A stretch of 63,162 nt of DNA, the filler included. It is 6 parts of 6 records of this genome, joined end to end, with 100 filler letters (N's around TTAATTAATTAA, not from the genome) between each part and the next. Parts side by side here need not be neighbours in the genome. Positions count along the whole stretch, not along the records: positions 5,765 to 13,175 come from SRR31156797_18670; positions 13,276 to 21,971 come from SRR31156797_18678; 4 more parts are not named here. One strand, given 5' to 3'. Shown in pieces: positions 9,761-20,266 of the stretch. The position numbers were made by a program, and so were the translations under genes. Every line of letters starts with the position of its first letter. Position 1 is the first letter of the stretch. The notes under the pieces are model-generated. The model worked only from the letters and a program-made list of their open reading frames with translations. It ran no database searches and was not told the DNA's origin.

Positions 9761-11563
9761 TCAGCAACGACCATCCTTAAGGCCGGCCATGTTCCTAGCA
9801 GCCACACGGTTGCGACCCAGTTTTTTCGCCTGATAGAGAAGTTCGTCGCAGGCTTCGACAATCTGCTGAGGCAGGTCGGCTTTATCGCAGTAAACAGTTA
9901 AAACTCCGACGCTCACAGTCACATGATCCGCAACTGCGGATTCCTTGTGGCGGATGTTGAGCTTTTCTATCGCAGTTCTTATTTCCTCGGCCAACTTCAA
10001 GGCTCCCTGGTGATCAGTTTCCGGAAGTATACAGGCGAACTCTTCGCCTCCATAACGGGCGGCTACATCCGACGGTCGCTTGACTGTTTCGCGTATTACC
10101 TGTGCAAGGCCTCGCAAACAATCATCACCGGAAACGTGTCCGTACGAGTCGTTGTACTTTTTAAAATAATCCACATCCAACATGATCAGGGAGAGAACAT
10201 TCCCGGATCGGCTGAGACGTTTCATCTCCTTTTGCATCATCTCGTCAAAACGGCGCCTATTGGCTAGTCCTGTCAGCGAATCCTTACGCGCCAGGCTTGC
10301 GAGTTCCTGGTTCATGGATTCAATCTCTTTGGCGGACGTTTCCACTAACCGGTGTAATACCTGCAAGGTCCTGAATTGCCTGGACTCCTCATCCGTATGG
10401 TTAAAATCTTCTTTCTCTCTAATCTTTGCCGCAGCGCTTCCATCTGTTTCCGCAAGTGAAAGAATAGTCATGGTTTGGCTGAACAAATAAGCCTTTCCCG
10501 TATCGCGGTAAAAATATTCGCCATAAGAAAAGAAACCGGCAGAAGAGGCGAGATCGACTGTTGATGACAGTTCAACGGCGATATCGGCGCCCAGAACCCA
10601 TTTCCTCGAAACGCAGGAATAAATATAAAAAACCTGGGCGTTGTGAGTATATAGCTCCTCATAAGTCATCCTGGCCCCAAGAGCCAGAAGACCTGCATGA
10701 CAAAAACCGAATCGAACCTGTTCGCCGGCATGGAAATTATGGATATAATTGAATGAGCCGTCTTCATTAACGTCAATGGCATGTATGGCCATTGGAACGC
10801 CTTCTCGCTCTATAATCAGGGGAAAATCAACCGCCGAAAGCGGGAGGTGCTCGGCGGCTTCCTGCCCGAGATAGTGACTGTAAATTTCATAGGGTGTTTG
10901 ATTATCGATACTGTACACCCGCGGCCCAACAGCCCTGGTAATGGTCAGCTTCTTACCAATAGGAATCCAACTCAAATTGTATGTGTTATTTACCGTTAAC
11001 TTATTTCCGGCAAGAGAAGCAGCGGCGACGCCGTTTTCCGTTATCCCTTTTTCCGTAAAAACAAAAGTGCATTTTCCCATACCGTTATCCCCGGCCTGGC
11101 CGCCGGCGATAATAACGCCTTCAAGCTCCGACTGTATGGCTGCAAGCAATGGTTCGCTGTTTATAAATCTGCCCGCCTTGATACCGCATCCGAAAGCAAT
11201 AACCGCTTTGACGTCCACATCGTTCAGGGCCAGGCTTATCTCATGACCGGCCTTGGCAAGGTCGTCATTCTGGTCCACCAGCGCGGATTTGACTCGTGTA
11301 TGTTGGAATAATGAAACGTTCACTACAATGCTCTGCTCAAGCGACTCCGAATCCATAATCTCGCCGGCCGTACTGGTTCCGATAACAGGGGCCTGCGGGA
11401 AAACTTCCCCGATATCCATCAGCAGACGTCGGATCACATCCTGATCCAGAACCCCGGTGAACACCTGGATAAGAATATTTTCAGGGGGATAGGATGAGGC
11501 TTCTTCCTTTATGGCCGTTAGATCATCTTTATTTCTATAGCGGATATTTAGACTTTTTATCAT
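9761..11563 (-). CDS. FIST_N/FIST_C-domain diguanylate cyclase
   Basis: IGTSTAGEI, GGQAGD, YSCVSR, GFFSYGE FIST motifs; DSLTGLANRR, RPSD I-site, GGEEF active site. Confidence 0.9.
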   Translation of the reverse strand: MIKSLNIRYRNKDDLTAIKEEASSYPPENILIQVFTGVLDQDVIRRLLMDIGEVFPQAPVIGTSTAGEIMDSESLEQSIVVNVSLFQHTRVKSALVDQNDDLAKAGHEISLALNDVDVKAVIAFGCGIKAGRFINSEPLLAAIQSELEGVIIAGGQAGDNGMGKCTFVFTEKGITENGVAAASLAGNKLTVNNTYNLSWIPIGKKLTITRAVGPRVYSIDNQTPYEIYSHYLGQEAAEHLPLSAVDFPLIIEREGVPMAIHAIDVNEDGSFNYIHNFHAGEQVRFGFCHAGLLALGARMTYEELYTHNAQVFYIYSCVSRKWVLGADIAVELSSTVDLASSAGFFSYGEYFYRDTGKAYLFSQTMTILSLAETDGSAAAKIREKEDFNHTDEESRQFRTLQVLHRLVETSAKEIESMNQELASLARKDSLTGLANRRRFDEMMQKEMKRLSRSGNVLSLIMLDVDYFKKYNDSYGHVSGDDCLRGLAQVIRETVKRPSDVAARYGGEEFACILPETDHQGALKLAEEIRTAIEKLNIRHKESAVADHVTVSVGVLTVYCDKADLPQQIVEACDELLYQAKKLGRNRVAARNMAGLKDGRC

Positions 11564-11921
11564 GCTTCGGTCCCTGTCTTTTTTATTATGTCTGGAAATA
11601 TTAGGATTGAGATGCGATTTCCCTGCCTTAATCTTTTAGGCTCCGTATTTCGCTGATAGAACGGGCTTTTGCTTAAAGCAGGAACTTGGGTTGCTCGCTC
11701 AAGCAGCGATTGCTCAAAGCTGCATTCGGAATCATAACTTTGAACAGCCTTCTTAAAATAATAGTCCACGAATATACTCTCGACAACCCGCACCAGTTCG
11801 ATGCGATGAGAGCAAATGAAATGACCGGTTTATGCAACACTTGAACCGACAGTTATAAAATATAAAAAGATCCATTTTTTATTTTATATCCTATTTAACT
11901 GGGCGGCTGAATCATAACGAT

Positions 11922-11966
11922 TTATCGTATACGATAATAAGTAATTCTTGACACATCGTATACGTT
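11922..11966 (+). promoter_or_regulatory. Two GTATAC-centred palindromic operators flanking a TTGACA -35
   Basis: Perfect 16-bp palindrome TTATCGTATACGATAA (11922-11937), TTGACA (11948), second copy ATCGTATACGTT (11955-11966). Confidence 0.6.
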
Positions 11967-12013
11967 TATATATTTGTATTCTTATCGCAAAATATTTCAC
12001 GAAAGGAGAAGGC

Positions 12014-12820
12014 ATGCCATACTTCAAGGTAGACGACACGACACAATTGTACTATGAAGAAAAGGGAAGCGGCCAACCTGTTCTGTTTATACACGGAGTT
12101 TGGATGAGCAGTCGGTTCTTTCAAAAACAGATGCCGTTTTTTGGTGAACGGAGCCGGGCGATATCAATCGATCTTCGAGGACACGGCCGCTCCACACATG
12201 TTCATTCCGGACATACTGTGGCAAATTATGCCCGTGACATCCGCGCCTTTATTAAAGGTCTGGGGCTTAAGGACGTGATTCTGGTCGGTTGGTCGATGGG
12301 ATCTTTTGTCATCTGGGATTATTTTAAACAGTTCGGTGACGAAAATGTGAAGGCCACGGTTATTATATCCCAGTCGCCTTCAGATTATATTTGGCCGGAC
12401 TGGCCTCATGGGTTTGCCGATTTGCCGGGTTTGATCGGAATGATGAGCGCTGTTCAGACAGATCGGGCCGAATTTATCAAAGGGTTTATCCCTCAAATGT
12501 TCAAGGAAACCCCGTCTGAAGAAGATGCACAATGGATGTTTGAAGAGATCACAATGCTGCCTGAGTCTATTGCCTGTTCCATTCTATTTGATCAGACTTG
12601 TCAGGACTACCGGCCGGTCATCCCGGAGGTGAACGTTAAAACTCTGCTTTGCTTTGGTCGCCATGGCAATCTGATACCGCTCGCCGGTGGAGAATATCTT
12701 GAAAAACACCTTCCGGATTCCCGGCTGGTCATATTTGATCATAGCGACCACTGTCCCTTTCTTGAAGAGACGGATCTCTTGAACAAGGAACTGGACGGGT
12801 TCATTACGTCTCTCGACTGA
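12014..12820 (+). CDS. Alpha/beta hydrolase (non-haem haloperoxidase/arylesterase-like)
   Basis: HG oxyanion motif, DLRGHGRS, nucleophile GWSMG, C-terminal His; SD AAAGGAG before ATG 12014. Confidence 0.9.
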   Translation: MPYFKVDDTTQLYYEEKGSGQPVLFIHGVWMSSRFFQKQMPFFGERSRAISIDLRGHGRSTHVHSGHTVANYARDIRAFIKGLGLKDVILVGWSMGSFVIWDYFKQFGDENVKATVIISQSPSDYIWPDWPHGFADLPGLIGMMSAVQTDRAEFIKGFIPQMFKETPSEEDAQWMFEEITMLPESIACSILFDQTCQDYRPVIPEVNVKTLLCFGRHGNLIPLAGGEYLEKHLPDSRLVIFDHSDHCPFLEETDLLNKELDGFITSLD

Positions 12821-13175
12821 TTTCATGATCGGATTCTTGAATCGATCGGGTTGGGAAAGCCCGACCTTTTTAGGGATCCGGGCTGCCCCTGGAAAAGAAC
12901 TCGGGTGTTTTTAACCTTAAACGCCTGCCGCCCAAAGCAGCCTCTCAGTTGAGTGTTCTTTTTGATGGGGCATTCCTTGATTGTAACGAAATCGTTCTGG
13001 CTTTCGACTATCCAGGCAGCGCCTGTTTACTCATAAAATGGATACCAACCCTATACCGTCGCCTCGTCATAATGTTACCTTTTTATGATAACATCATGAT
13101 GAGGCGACAGGAAAAAGTGATAATTGACGTTAATCTCGCTTCCAACTGGAATTCCTACCGACGTATGGCCCTGAC

Positions 13176-13275
13176 NNNNNNNNNNNNNNNNNNNNNNNNN
13201 NNNNNNNNNNNNNNNNNNNTTAATTAATTAANNNNNNNNNNNNNNNNNNNNNNNNNNNNNNNNNNNNNNNNNNNN
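13176..13275. other. Artificial contig spacer
   Basis: N-run with TTAATTAATTAA core. Confidence 0.98.
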
Positions 13276-14441
13276 TCCGGAATGCCCTGTATCCCAACAT
13301 CAAGGAATCCCCTCACAATCATACCTACCGCATCCTCTTCAGTAAGACCTCTTGCCATCAGATATTCGATCTGTTCCCGTGCAATTCTTCCCACAGCAGC
13401 CTCATGTGACAGTTCAATATCCTCAACATTTGCCTCAAGTATTGGAATGGCCCTCTGCATTCCACCACCCAGCACAAGTCCGTGGCACTCAAGATGACCT
13501 TTTGAATTGTTAGCATTACCGATCATCTCACCGCGGGCAATTGCATCGCCACCTGTGGTAATCGTCCTTGAGATCAGCTCTGCTTTGGTGTCTTCTGCAT
13601 TGAATACTACTTTACTTCCAAGATCAAGCTCAGATCCCGGATGTGCCACAGCTATGGTGTTCAATCTTGCAAATGCACCCTTGCCTTCAAGAATTACAGT
13701 TGGGTATGATTGAACTGACTTCACAGGTTTCAGGGTGACATAGTTACTGATATATGATCCACCTTCTTCTACATGAACAACAGTTCTTGGCCTGACACCT
13801 ATTTCTTCACCCCAGTTGTGGATCATAGTGAAATTAAGCGTAGCGCCCTTTTTCACATACATTTCTGAGATACCAAGATGAAGACCCTTGTCAACACCGT
13901 GCTTTGTAGAGCATCCGGTAATTACGTCAAGTTCAGCTCCCTCTTCAACAATAACGATATTGTGAACGGTCTGGGATACCTCTTTGGAACCAATAAGAAG
14001 ACATGTCTGTACAGGCATCTTTGACTTCTTGCCTGCTGGTGCCCTGATGAAGTATCCGTTTGCATCCTGAAGATAGCTCATTGCAGTGTATTTATCCTTA
14101 TCTGGCTCTACAAGCTTCCATGAATAGTCTTTTACCCATTCATGGACCTTCATAGCATCCCTTAAGGACATCAGTTCCACAACATCATCATCACGCAGGG
14201 ATGAGTGTGTCACAGCATTGTTAAGCATCAGGAAACTGCCTGACCTGTTATCTTCTGAAGGTGTAAATCCAACATTTAAGAGTGTCCTCTGGTCCTCTTC
14301 GCTGAGTTCTTCGAGATCATCAGCCTGTTCTTCTTTCTCTGATGCAAGGCCGTAGTCATTAAGATCAAAGTCCTCACCGTAGGATGCATTCTTCTTGAGA
14401 GCCGCTTCTGCTTTCTTTCTCATATCTTCATCAGCTTGCAT
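13276..14441 (-). CDS. sufB: SufB/SufD-family Fe-S scaffold (SmsB-type), 3'-truncated
   Basis: C-terminal GHLECHGL, LSHEAAVG-IA-EQIEYLMARGL-E-DA--MIVRGF; SD GAGGAG before ATG 14441. Confidence 0.88.
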
Positions 14442-15166
14442 TTGATACACTCCTCATATCCCTGTTCCTTTATCTCTGTGAGCATTTCACGTGGGTTTCC
14501 TGAGCACATAACAGTACCGTTGCACAGGATATAACCCCTGTCAGCCTCTATATAATCGAGAACCTGGCCTGTATGTGTAATGACCAGAGAGGATTTACCG
14601 TGTTTGCACCTGTCACCTGCACATTTACAGTCCTTCTGAAGCAGCTGGTTTATAGTACGACCCAACTGTTCAATGCTTACCAGGTCAACACCTGATTCAG
14701 GTTCATCAAGAAGTAAGAAATCAGGGTTCTGTGCAGAAAGCTGGAGAAGTTCCGATCTCTTAATTTCCCCGCCTGAGAAACCTACATTGACATCCCTTTC
14801 AAAGAACCTGACCATGTCGATAGTCTCCGCAAGCTCCTCTGTGTCTTTTATATCCTTTGAGATGACATTTAGCAGATCATAGAGTTTGACACCACTCATG
14901 TTTGGTGGTCTCTGGGTCATAATACCCATGCCCATCTGCGCTCTTTCATAGACCGACATGTTGGTTATATTTTCTCCTTTGAAGATTATCTCTCCACCTA
15001 CGACATCATAACCACTAAAACCCATCAGGGTCATCAAAAGTGCGGATTTGCCCGCCCCGTTCGGTCCGAAAAGAACATTAGTATAACCAGCTTCGACATC
15101 CAGGTCGACGCCTTTTAGTATCCTTCGGCCGCCGATTTCAACTGTCAGATTATTGATCTCCAGCAT
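14420..15166 (-). CDS. sufC: SufC-family ABC ATPase (SmsC-type)
   Basis: GPNGAGKS Walker A, RDVNVGFSGGEIKRSE, LLDEPESGVD, C-terminal CxxC; adjacent to sufB. Confidence 0.9.
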   Translation of the reverse strand: MLEINNLTVEIGGRRILKGVDLDVEAGYTNVLFGPNGAGKSALLMTLMGFSGYDVVGGEIIFKGENITNMSVYERAQMGMGIMTQRPPNMSGVKLYDLLNVISKDIKDTEELAETIDMVRFFERDVNVGFSGGEIKRSELLQLSAQNPDFLLLDEPESGVDLVSIEQLGRTINQLLQKDCKCAGDRCKHGKSSLVITHTGQVLDYIEADRGYILCNGTVMCSGNPREMLTEIKEQGYEECIKCKLMKI

Positions 15167-15358
15167 AATATGGCCTCCTTACCTAGTATAAATATATAAT
15201 AATCAACACCATGAAACACAAAGTCCATGGAAATTCTGCTTTACTATAAGGGTTATCGCTTAAAAACCTATTGAAATTTCCAAAATTCCATTTAGTTCAA
15301 TGTCATGTGCGAGAGATAAAACAAAATACGAAATGATTTGCCATACTATAATATAAAC

Positions 15359-15583
15359 TTACAAACCTAGCTCACCGGCAATTACCTGGAACTCTTTTCC
15401 TTTTTCTGTTGTAACATACAGATTGCCTTTTTGTTCAATAAGTCCTTTTTCTTTTAGCAGATTAAGATATCTGTTAGCAACTTCAAAGTTTAGATTCGCA
15501 CGGTAAACTATATGCGTCTTTTTAGCCCCCTCTGAAGCAACCCTTAATATTTCCACACTTATTGCTGTTCTGCTTCGTCTCAT
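15359..15583 (-). CDS. Archaeal winged-helix transcription regulator
   Basis: RRSR--I--EIL...KTHIVYRANLNF...YL--L...Y-TT-KG pattern typical of small euryarchaeal wHTH proteins. Confidence 0.82.
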   Translation of the reverse strand: MRRSRTAISVEILRVASEGAKKTHIVYRANLNFEVANRYLNLLKEKGLIEQKGNLYVTTEKGKEFQVIAGELGL

Positions 15584-16335
15584 AGAAACTCATCCTAAAA
15601 ACTAATCAGTCACTATGTATTATGAGTACAAGTTCCAGCAAATAATTTTTCGACATAATTAGTATAAACTTTAAGGAAAATTAAACACTACAATTAATCA
15701 ATATCAAAATAAATCTGCCTTCTGATGCATAACAACCCATGATGAATGAAATTACACATAAACCCAGTTTCTATTTTAGTCTTGAATCTTATATAAAGAT
15801 AAGAACATGAAATTCAGATTAATTTTCTGAAACAAAGGTAAGTACCAATGTTTCTTATTAGAGATCATTTAGAAAAAGACAGATATCATGATAAACTAGC
15901 ATGCTGTTAACTAAATAAACAATATCATCCGCATAACAATATGAGAAATAGATAAGAAACAGGAAAAATATCAAAACCTGCCCCTTATCGCCTCTTCTCT
16001 TTGCTTGTTGTTTGGTGGTATCTAATAGTGGTACGTAGTAATAAATGCCCCTTTAAAAGTTGGGGATAACGGAGACTAACTTCGCCCACATTCCCATATA
16101 AGGATTTCAAATCAGATAAACATTAAAGAAACAGTGTTACTTAATATTGTTCAGTACAGTATAATATTGTAAAATATACAAAAATGATTCCCTACAGATC
16201 CTTGTATCAATAATAAATATAACCTAACAGGCAGGCCTGGGCCGTACTTGTTGTTCAAAAAAGGGATTCTACAAAGCTAAGATATAAAAAATAAAACGAA
16301 ACCCCCTTATGAGACTAGGAATATTATATCAAACC

Positions 16336-16515
16336 TTATGCAAGTATTGCTTTAACAGGCACATCAGGCCTGGCAGGAAAAGAGAACTGTTGCTCTGAAG
16401 AAACCAATGTTGTCATGACGCGAAACTGGCCACAATATGAGCCTCCTCCATCTTCCATACAGGTCTTAGCTGAGGATCTGGCTTGCGCACAACTGTCGTA
16501 GTATTTACATTTCAT
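16336..16515 (-). CDS. Small Cys-rich hypothetical protein (59 aa)
   Basis: AGGAGA SD before ATG 16515; MKCKYYDSC...C...YC. Confidence 0.55.
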   Translation of the reverse strand: MKCKYYDSCAQARSSAKTCMEDGGGSYCGQFRVMTTLVSSEQQFSFPARPDVPVKAILA

Positions 16516-16695
16516 GTTTTGTCTCCTACATAAATGCTCAATATACACTTGCATATTGACGTTTTTATTTTTATATAATATTATAGTATATTTTGTGATA
16601 TTATTATTGTTGAACTATATCACATATATAGTTTATCGATGAAAACTCATCATCATATAATCCGAATAAGGAACAGGATTTCCGCCAATTGTTGC

Positions 16696-17280
16696 TTATT
16701 CCAGTGGTTCATACCTAAACCCGAAACCCAGATCCTTCAAGGCAAGTAAAGCCATAAACATTACAACGAAAATAAAGAACACCGAAACAAAACAGGCGAA
16801 ATTATAGTAGAAGAAATCCACGCCTGCAAGTTTAACGTTCATGAAAGCAAATACGCTCATTGATTCATTGTAAACCGGATATAAATAGCTGAGGCCACCC
16901 TCTGCAATGTCATCCAGAAGTAAATGCGAAAGGAATGCTGCCTCTGCAAATATGCCCAGGGACATTGCCTTTGAGCTCTCCCTGTACATTAAATACCCCA
17001 GCATCATTGCAAGTATGAAAGCCACAATGCTAAACAGCAGGGAATGGGTGGGCATTGTTCCTATTCTTGTATGCTGTGTTGTACCATGAAGTATGTAATT
17101 CCATACTACAGGAACATCAGGAAATACCGAACCTACACTACCAACAAAAAGTAGTAAACTTAGATGTTTTACATCCTTAAGACCGATCTTTCTGTAAAAG
17201 CCACCGCTTGCAATAGCAAAAAAGCCTACAAGGGAAACGCAGAATATAAAGAATGCAAGATGAAATGCTGGATAGGGCAT
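16696..17280 (-). CDS. Membrane metal-dependent hydrolase (YdjM-like)
   Basis: FH...FPD...THS...SHLLLD motifs, hydrophobic helices. Confidence 0.78.
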   Translation of the reverse strand: MPYPAFHLAFFIFCVSLVGFFAIASGGFYRKIGLKDVKHLSLLLFVGSVGSVFPDVPVVWNYILHGTTQHTRIGTMPTHSLLFSIVAFILAMMLGYLMYRESSKAMSLGIFAEAAFLSHLLLDDIAEGGLSYLYPVYNESMSVFAFMNVKLAGVDFFYYNFACFVSVFFIFVVMFMALLALKDLGFGFRYEPLE

Positions 17281-17376
17281 ATTACGGACATAATTTGAAC
17301 CATTATATAAATTTAATGTACATACCTTGATCATGTACAAAAGCAATAAGTAAACAAAAACAGTAATATGACCTGC

Positions 17377-17904
17377 ATGTTCATCTTCGGACACATCGGT
17401 ATAACACTGGGCATCTTCCTACTCTTAAAAAAACACCCTTTATTTTCAAAGCTTCAGGTCAGCCTGCCTTTCATAGCTTTTGGAGTCATGCTTCCAGACC
17501 TGATAGACAAACCTATCGGTGAAGGGATCCTTGCCGATGCGTTCTCCAACGGAAGGATTTACGCCCATACATTGTTTTTTTGCCTTCTTCTGTCCATGAT
17601 GGCACTATATTACTACAGGAAAAGAAAAGATGATCGAGTACTTACTATCTCTGCAGCCACATTCCTACACCTCATGGAAGACCGGATGTGGCAGACACCT
17701 CAAACATTGTTTTGGCCACTCATGGGCTTGGACTTTCCGCAAGGTAACCAATCCTCTAGCCTGCTTGACTATTTTCTGAGGGTTTTAACTAGTGCATATA
17801 CTAAAGATATTAGTTACGCTTTCATCTCAGAAATAACAGGAATACTAATATTGAGTATAGTAGGAATTCGATACCTACAAAGCAGATCAAACCTAAACCA
17901 ATAA
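17377..17904 (+). CDS. Membrane metal-dependent hydrolase (YdjM-like)
   Basis: FGH...LPDLIDKP...AHTL...HLMED...LFWP motifs. Confidence 0.8.
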   Translation: MFIFGHIGITLGIFLLLKKHPLFSKLQVSLPFIAFGVMLPDLIDKPIGEGILADAFSNGRIYAHTLFFCLLLSMMALYYYRKRKDDRVLTISAATFLHLMEDRMWQTPQTLFWPLMGLDFPQGNQSSSLLDYFLRVLTSAYTKDISYAFISEITGILILSIVGIRYLQSRSNLNQ

Positions 17905-18248
17905 AACAATAATCCAGACTACTTTTAGAAATGATATATCAAACGATTTCAGTTATGAATCAAATAAAACCTTGCAATAGGAGCTATATATAAAAGGCAC
18001 ATATAGTTATGTATAGTTCATGGCTGATTCGTCGCAATAAATATATATCCACACGTAACACCATTATAAATGACACTAATATACTAATATCATGTAAAGA
18101 ATATCTGCTATGATAGCGATAAATGAACCTGGAAACCATACATAAAGTCAAATAAATCATATGAATTAAAAGAATCAACTGTTGTGATAACTTTATTCAA
18201 TATTTATTGTGCAAAATAACTTAATAATGAAAACGGAGGAGAAAAAAA

Positions 18249-19307
18249 TTGAGATTATTAGTCGACATTGGTCACCCTGCGCATGTCCATTTCTTCAAGA
18301 ATACGATCAGGGAACTCCAGGAAAGAGGACATGAAGTTCTCGTCACCTCCAGAGACAAAGATGTAGCGGTTTCTTTACTGGATGGTTATGGCATCAAACA
18401 CGTGACTTTAACCTCAATGAAAAAAGGCAAAGGAAATCTTATAAAAGAGTGGATCATCAGGGACTATAAACTCCTGAAAATAGCCCGAAAATTCAAACCT
18501 GATATTTTAACAGGTATTTCAAATCCATCTGTTGCCCATATATCCTGGTTGTTAAACAAAAAATCCGTTATTTTTAATGACACTGAACATGCAACCTTCT
18601 CTTTAAAGATCACGTGCCCTTTTTCGGATGTAATCTATACTCCTACATGCTATTGGAATGATCTTGGAAAAAAGCAAGTGACATATAATGGATACCATGA
18701 ACTTGCATACTTACATCCGAATTACTTTACTCCTAACCCTGCTATACTGGAAGAAATTGGACTAGCAGAAAATGAAAAGTTTGTTGTTTTGAGGTTTGTT
18801 TCCTGGGGAGCAAGCCATGATGTTGGACAAAAAGGTTTGACATTGGAAACAAAAAGGCAAGTAGTTCAAAGCTTGAGTAAATATGCCCGGGTGCTCATAA
18901 CTTCAGAGAAGACTTTAGATGCTGAATTCGAACAATACAGAATTTCAGTAGCTCCTGAAAAGATGCATGATCTTCTGTACTATGCAACTCTTCTTTATGG
19001 GGAAAGTGCAACAATGGCCTCGGAATGTGCTGTCCTGGGAACCCATGCAATATTTTGTGATTTTGCCGGTCGTGGCTATACAGATGAAGAAGAAGAAATG
19101 TATGACCTGGTGTATAATTTTAAACTCGATGGAGATAGCCAGATTAAATCAATCGAAAAAGCTGTGGAATTAATGCAGAATCCCAATCTTGTTGAAGAAG
19201 GAATACAAAAAAGGAAAAAACTACTTGATGATAAGATAGATGTCACCAAGTTCATGGTCAGTTTATTAGAGAATATGTTGGAAAATCAACAAAAACAACA
19301 CCTGTAG
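18249..19307 (+). CDS. DUF354 family putative glycosyltransferase
   Basis: DIGHPAHVHFFKN, YHELAYLHP, GESATMASECAVLGT. Confidence 0.85.
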   Translation: MRLLVDIGHPAHVHFFKNTIRELQERGHEVLVTSRDKDVAVSLLDGYGIKHVTLTSMKKGKGNLIKEWIIRDYKLLKIARKFKPDILTGISNPSVAHISWLLNKKSVIFNDTEHATFSLKITCPFSDVIYTPTCYWNDLGKKQVTYNGYHELAYLHPNYFTPNPAILEEIGLAENEKFVVLRFVSWGASHDVGQKGLTLETKRQVVQSLSKYARVLITSEKTLDAEFEQYRISVAPEKMHDLLYYATLLYGESATMASECAVLGTHAIFCDFAGRGYTDEEEEMYDLVYNFKLDGDSQIKSIEKAVELMQNPNLVEEGIQKRKKLLDDKIDVTKFMVSLLENMLENQQKQHL

Positions 19308-19393
19308 TCTAAATATAAAAGTATATATTTTAAAACTCTATAAGAGTAGATAAAATCAAAGTTTCAGCCATAGTTAAATATTTGGAGAATGAT

Positions 19394-20266
19394 ATGAAAG
19401 GAATTATTTTAGCGGGTGGCAGTGGGACAAGACTATACCCCGTCACACTTCCAATATGCAAGCAGCTTTTGCCAATATACGACAAACCAATGATTTACTA
19501 TCCTTTATCTGTTTTAATGCTAGCAGGCATCAGAGAGATACTAATTATTTCAACGCCAGATGATCTGCCATCCTTCCAGAAGCTTTTTGGTGATGGTTCT
19601 GAATGGGGACTCAGTATATCGTACAAGGTACAACCATCTCCCGATGGCCTGGCTCAGGCATTTATTCTGGGAGAGGAATTTATTGGCGAAGATAGCGTTT
19701 GCTTAGTACTTGGTGACAATATATTCTATGGACCCGGATTTTCACCTATTTTGAAAGCGGCAGCACAGACACAGGATGGAGCGGTTGTTTTTGGATATCA
19801 GGTCAAAGATCCTGAAAGATTTGGTGTCGTGCAATTTGAAAGAGACACCAGAAAAGCAATTTCAATAGAGGAAAAACCCAGTAATCCCAAATCACACTTT
19901 GCAGTTACTGGGCTATATTTCTATGACAATGATGTTATAGAAATTGCAAAAAGTATCAAACCATCGGACAGAGGCGAACTTGAGATTACTTCTGTGAATG
20001 AGGAATATCTCAAAAGAGATAAGCTAAAAGTTGAGGTCCTTGGACGTGGATTTGCCTGGCTTGACACAGGAACACATGACAGTCTGCTCGCTGCCGGCCA
20101 GTTTGTTCAAACCATAGAACATAGGCAGGGATACAAGATTGCCTGTCTTGAAGAGATAGCTTACAATAACGGATGGATTGACTCTGAGCAGGTATCAAAA
20201 ATGGCAGAACGGCTCAAGAAAAATGATTATGGAACATATCTGGAAGGTTTGTTGCATGAATTCTAA
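19394..20266 (+). CDS. rfbA: Glucose-1-phosphate thymidylyltransferase
   Basis: [44 protein letters not shown]. Confidence 0.96.
   Translation: MKGIILAGGSGTRLYPVTLPICKQLLPIYDKPMIYYPLSVLMLAGIREILIISTPDDLPSFQKLFGDGSEWGLSISYKVQPSPDGLAQAFILGEEFIGEDSVCLVLGDNIFYGPGFSPILKAAAQTQDGAVVFGYQVKDPERFGVVQFERDTRKAISIEEKPSNPKSHFAVTGLYFYDNDVIEIAKSIKPSDRGELEITSVNEEYLKRDKLKVEVLGRGFAWLDTGTHDSLLAAGQFVQTIEHRQGYKIACLEEIAYNNGWIDSEQVSKMAERLKKNDYGTYLEGLLHEF

Noticed and set aside
11560-11793. 77-aa ORF overlapping the FIST-GGDEF start
   Set aside because: No recognisable motif or clear SD; cannot be told from chance
12949-13175. ORF at the end of contig 2
   Set aside because: TTG start, no motifs, runs into the spacer
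17984-18178. 64-aa hydrophobic ORF in the archaeal contig
   Set aside because: AT-rich promoter region; likely spurious
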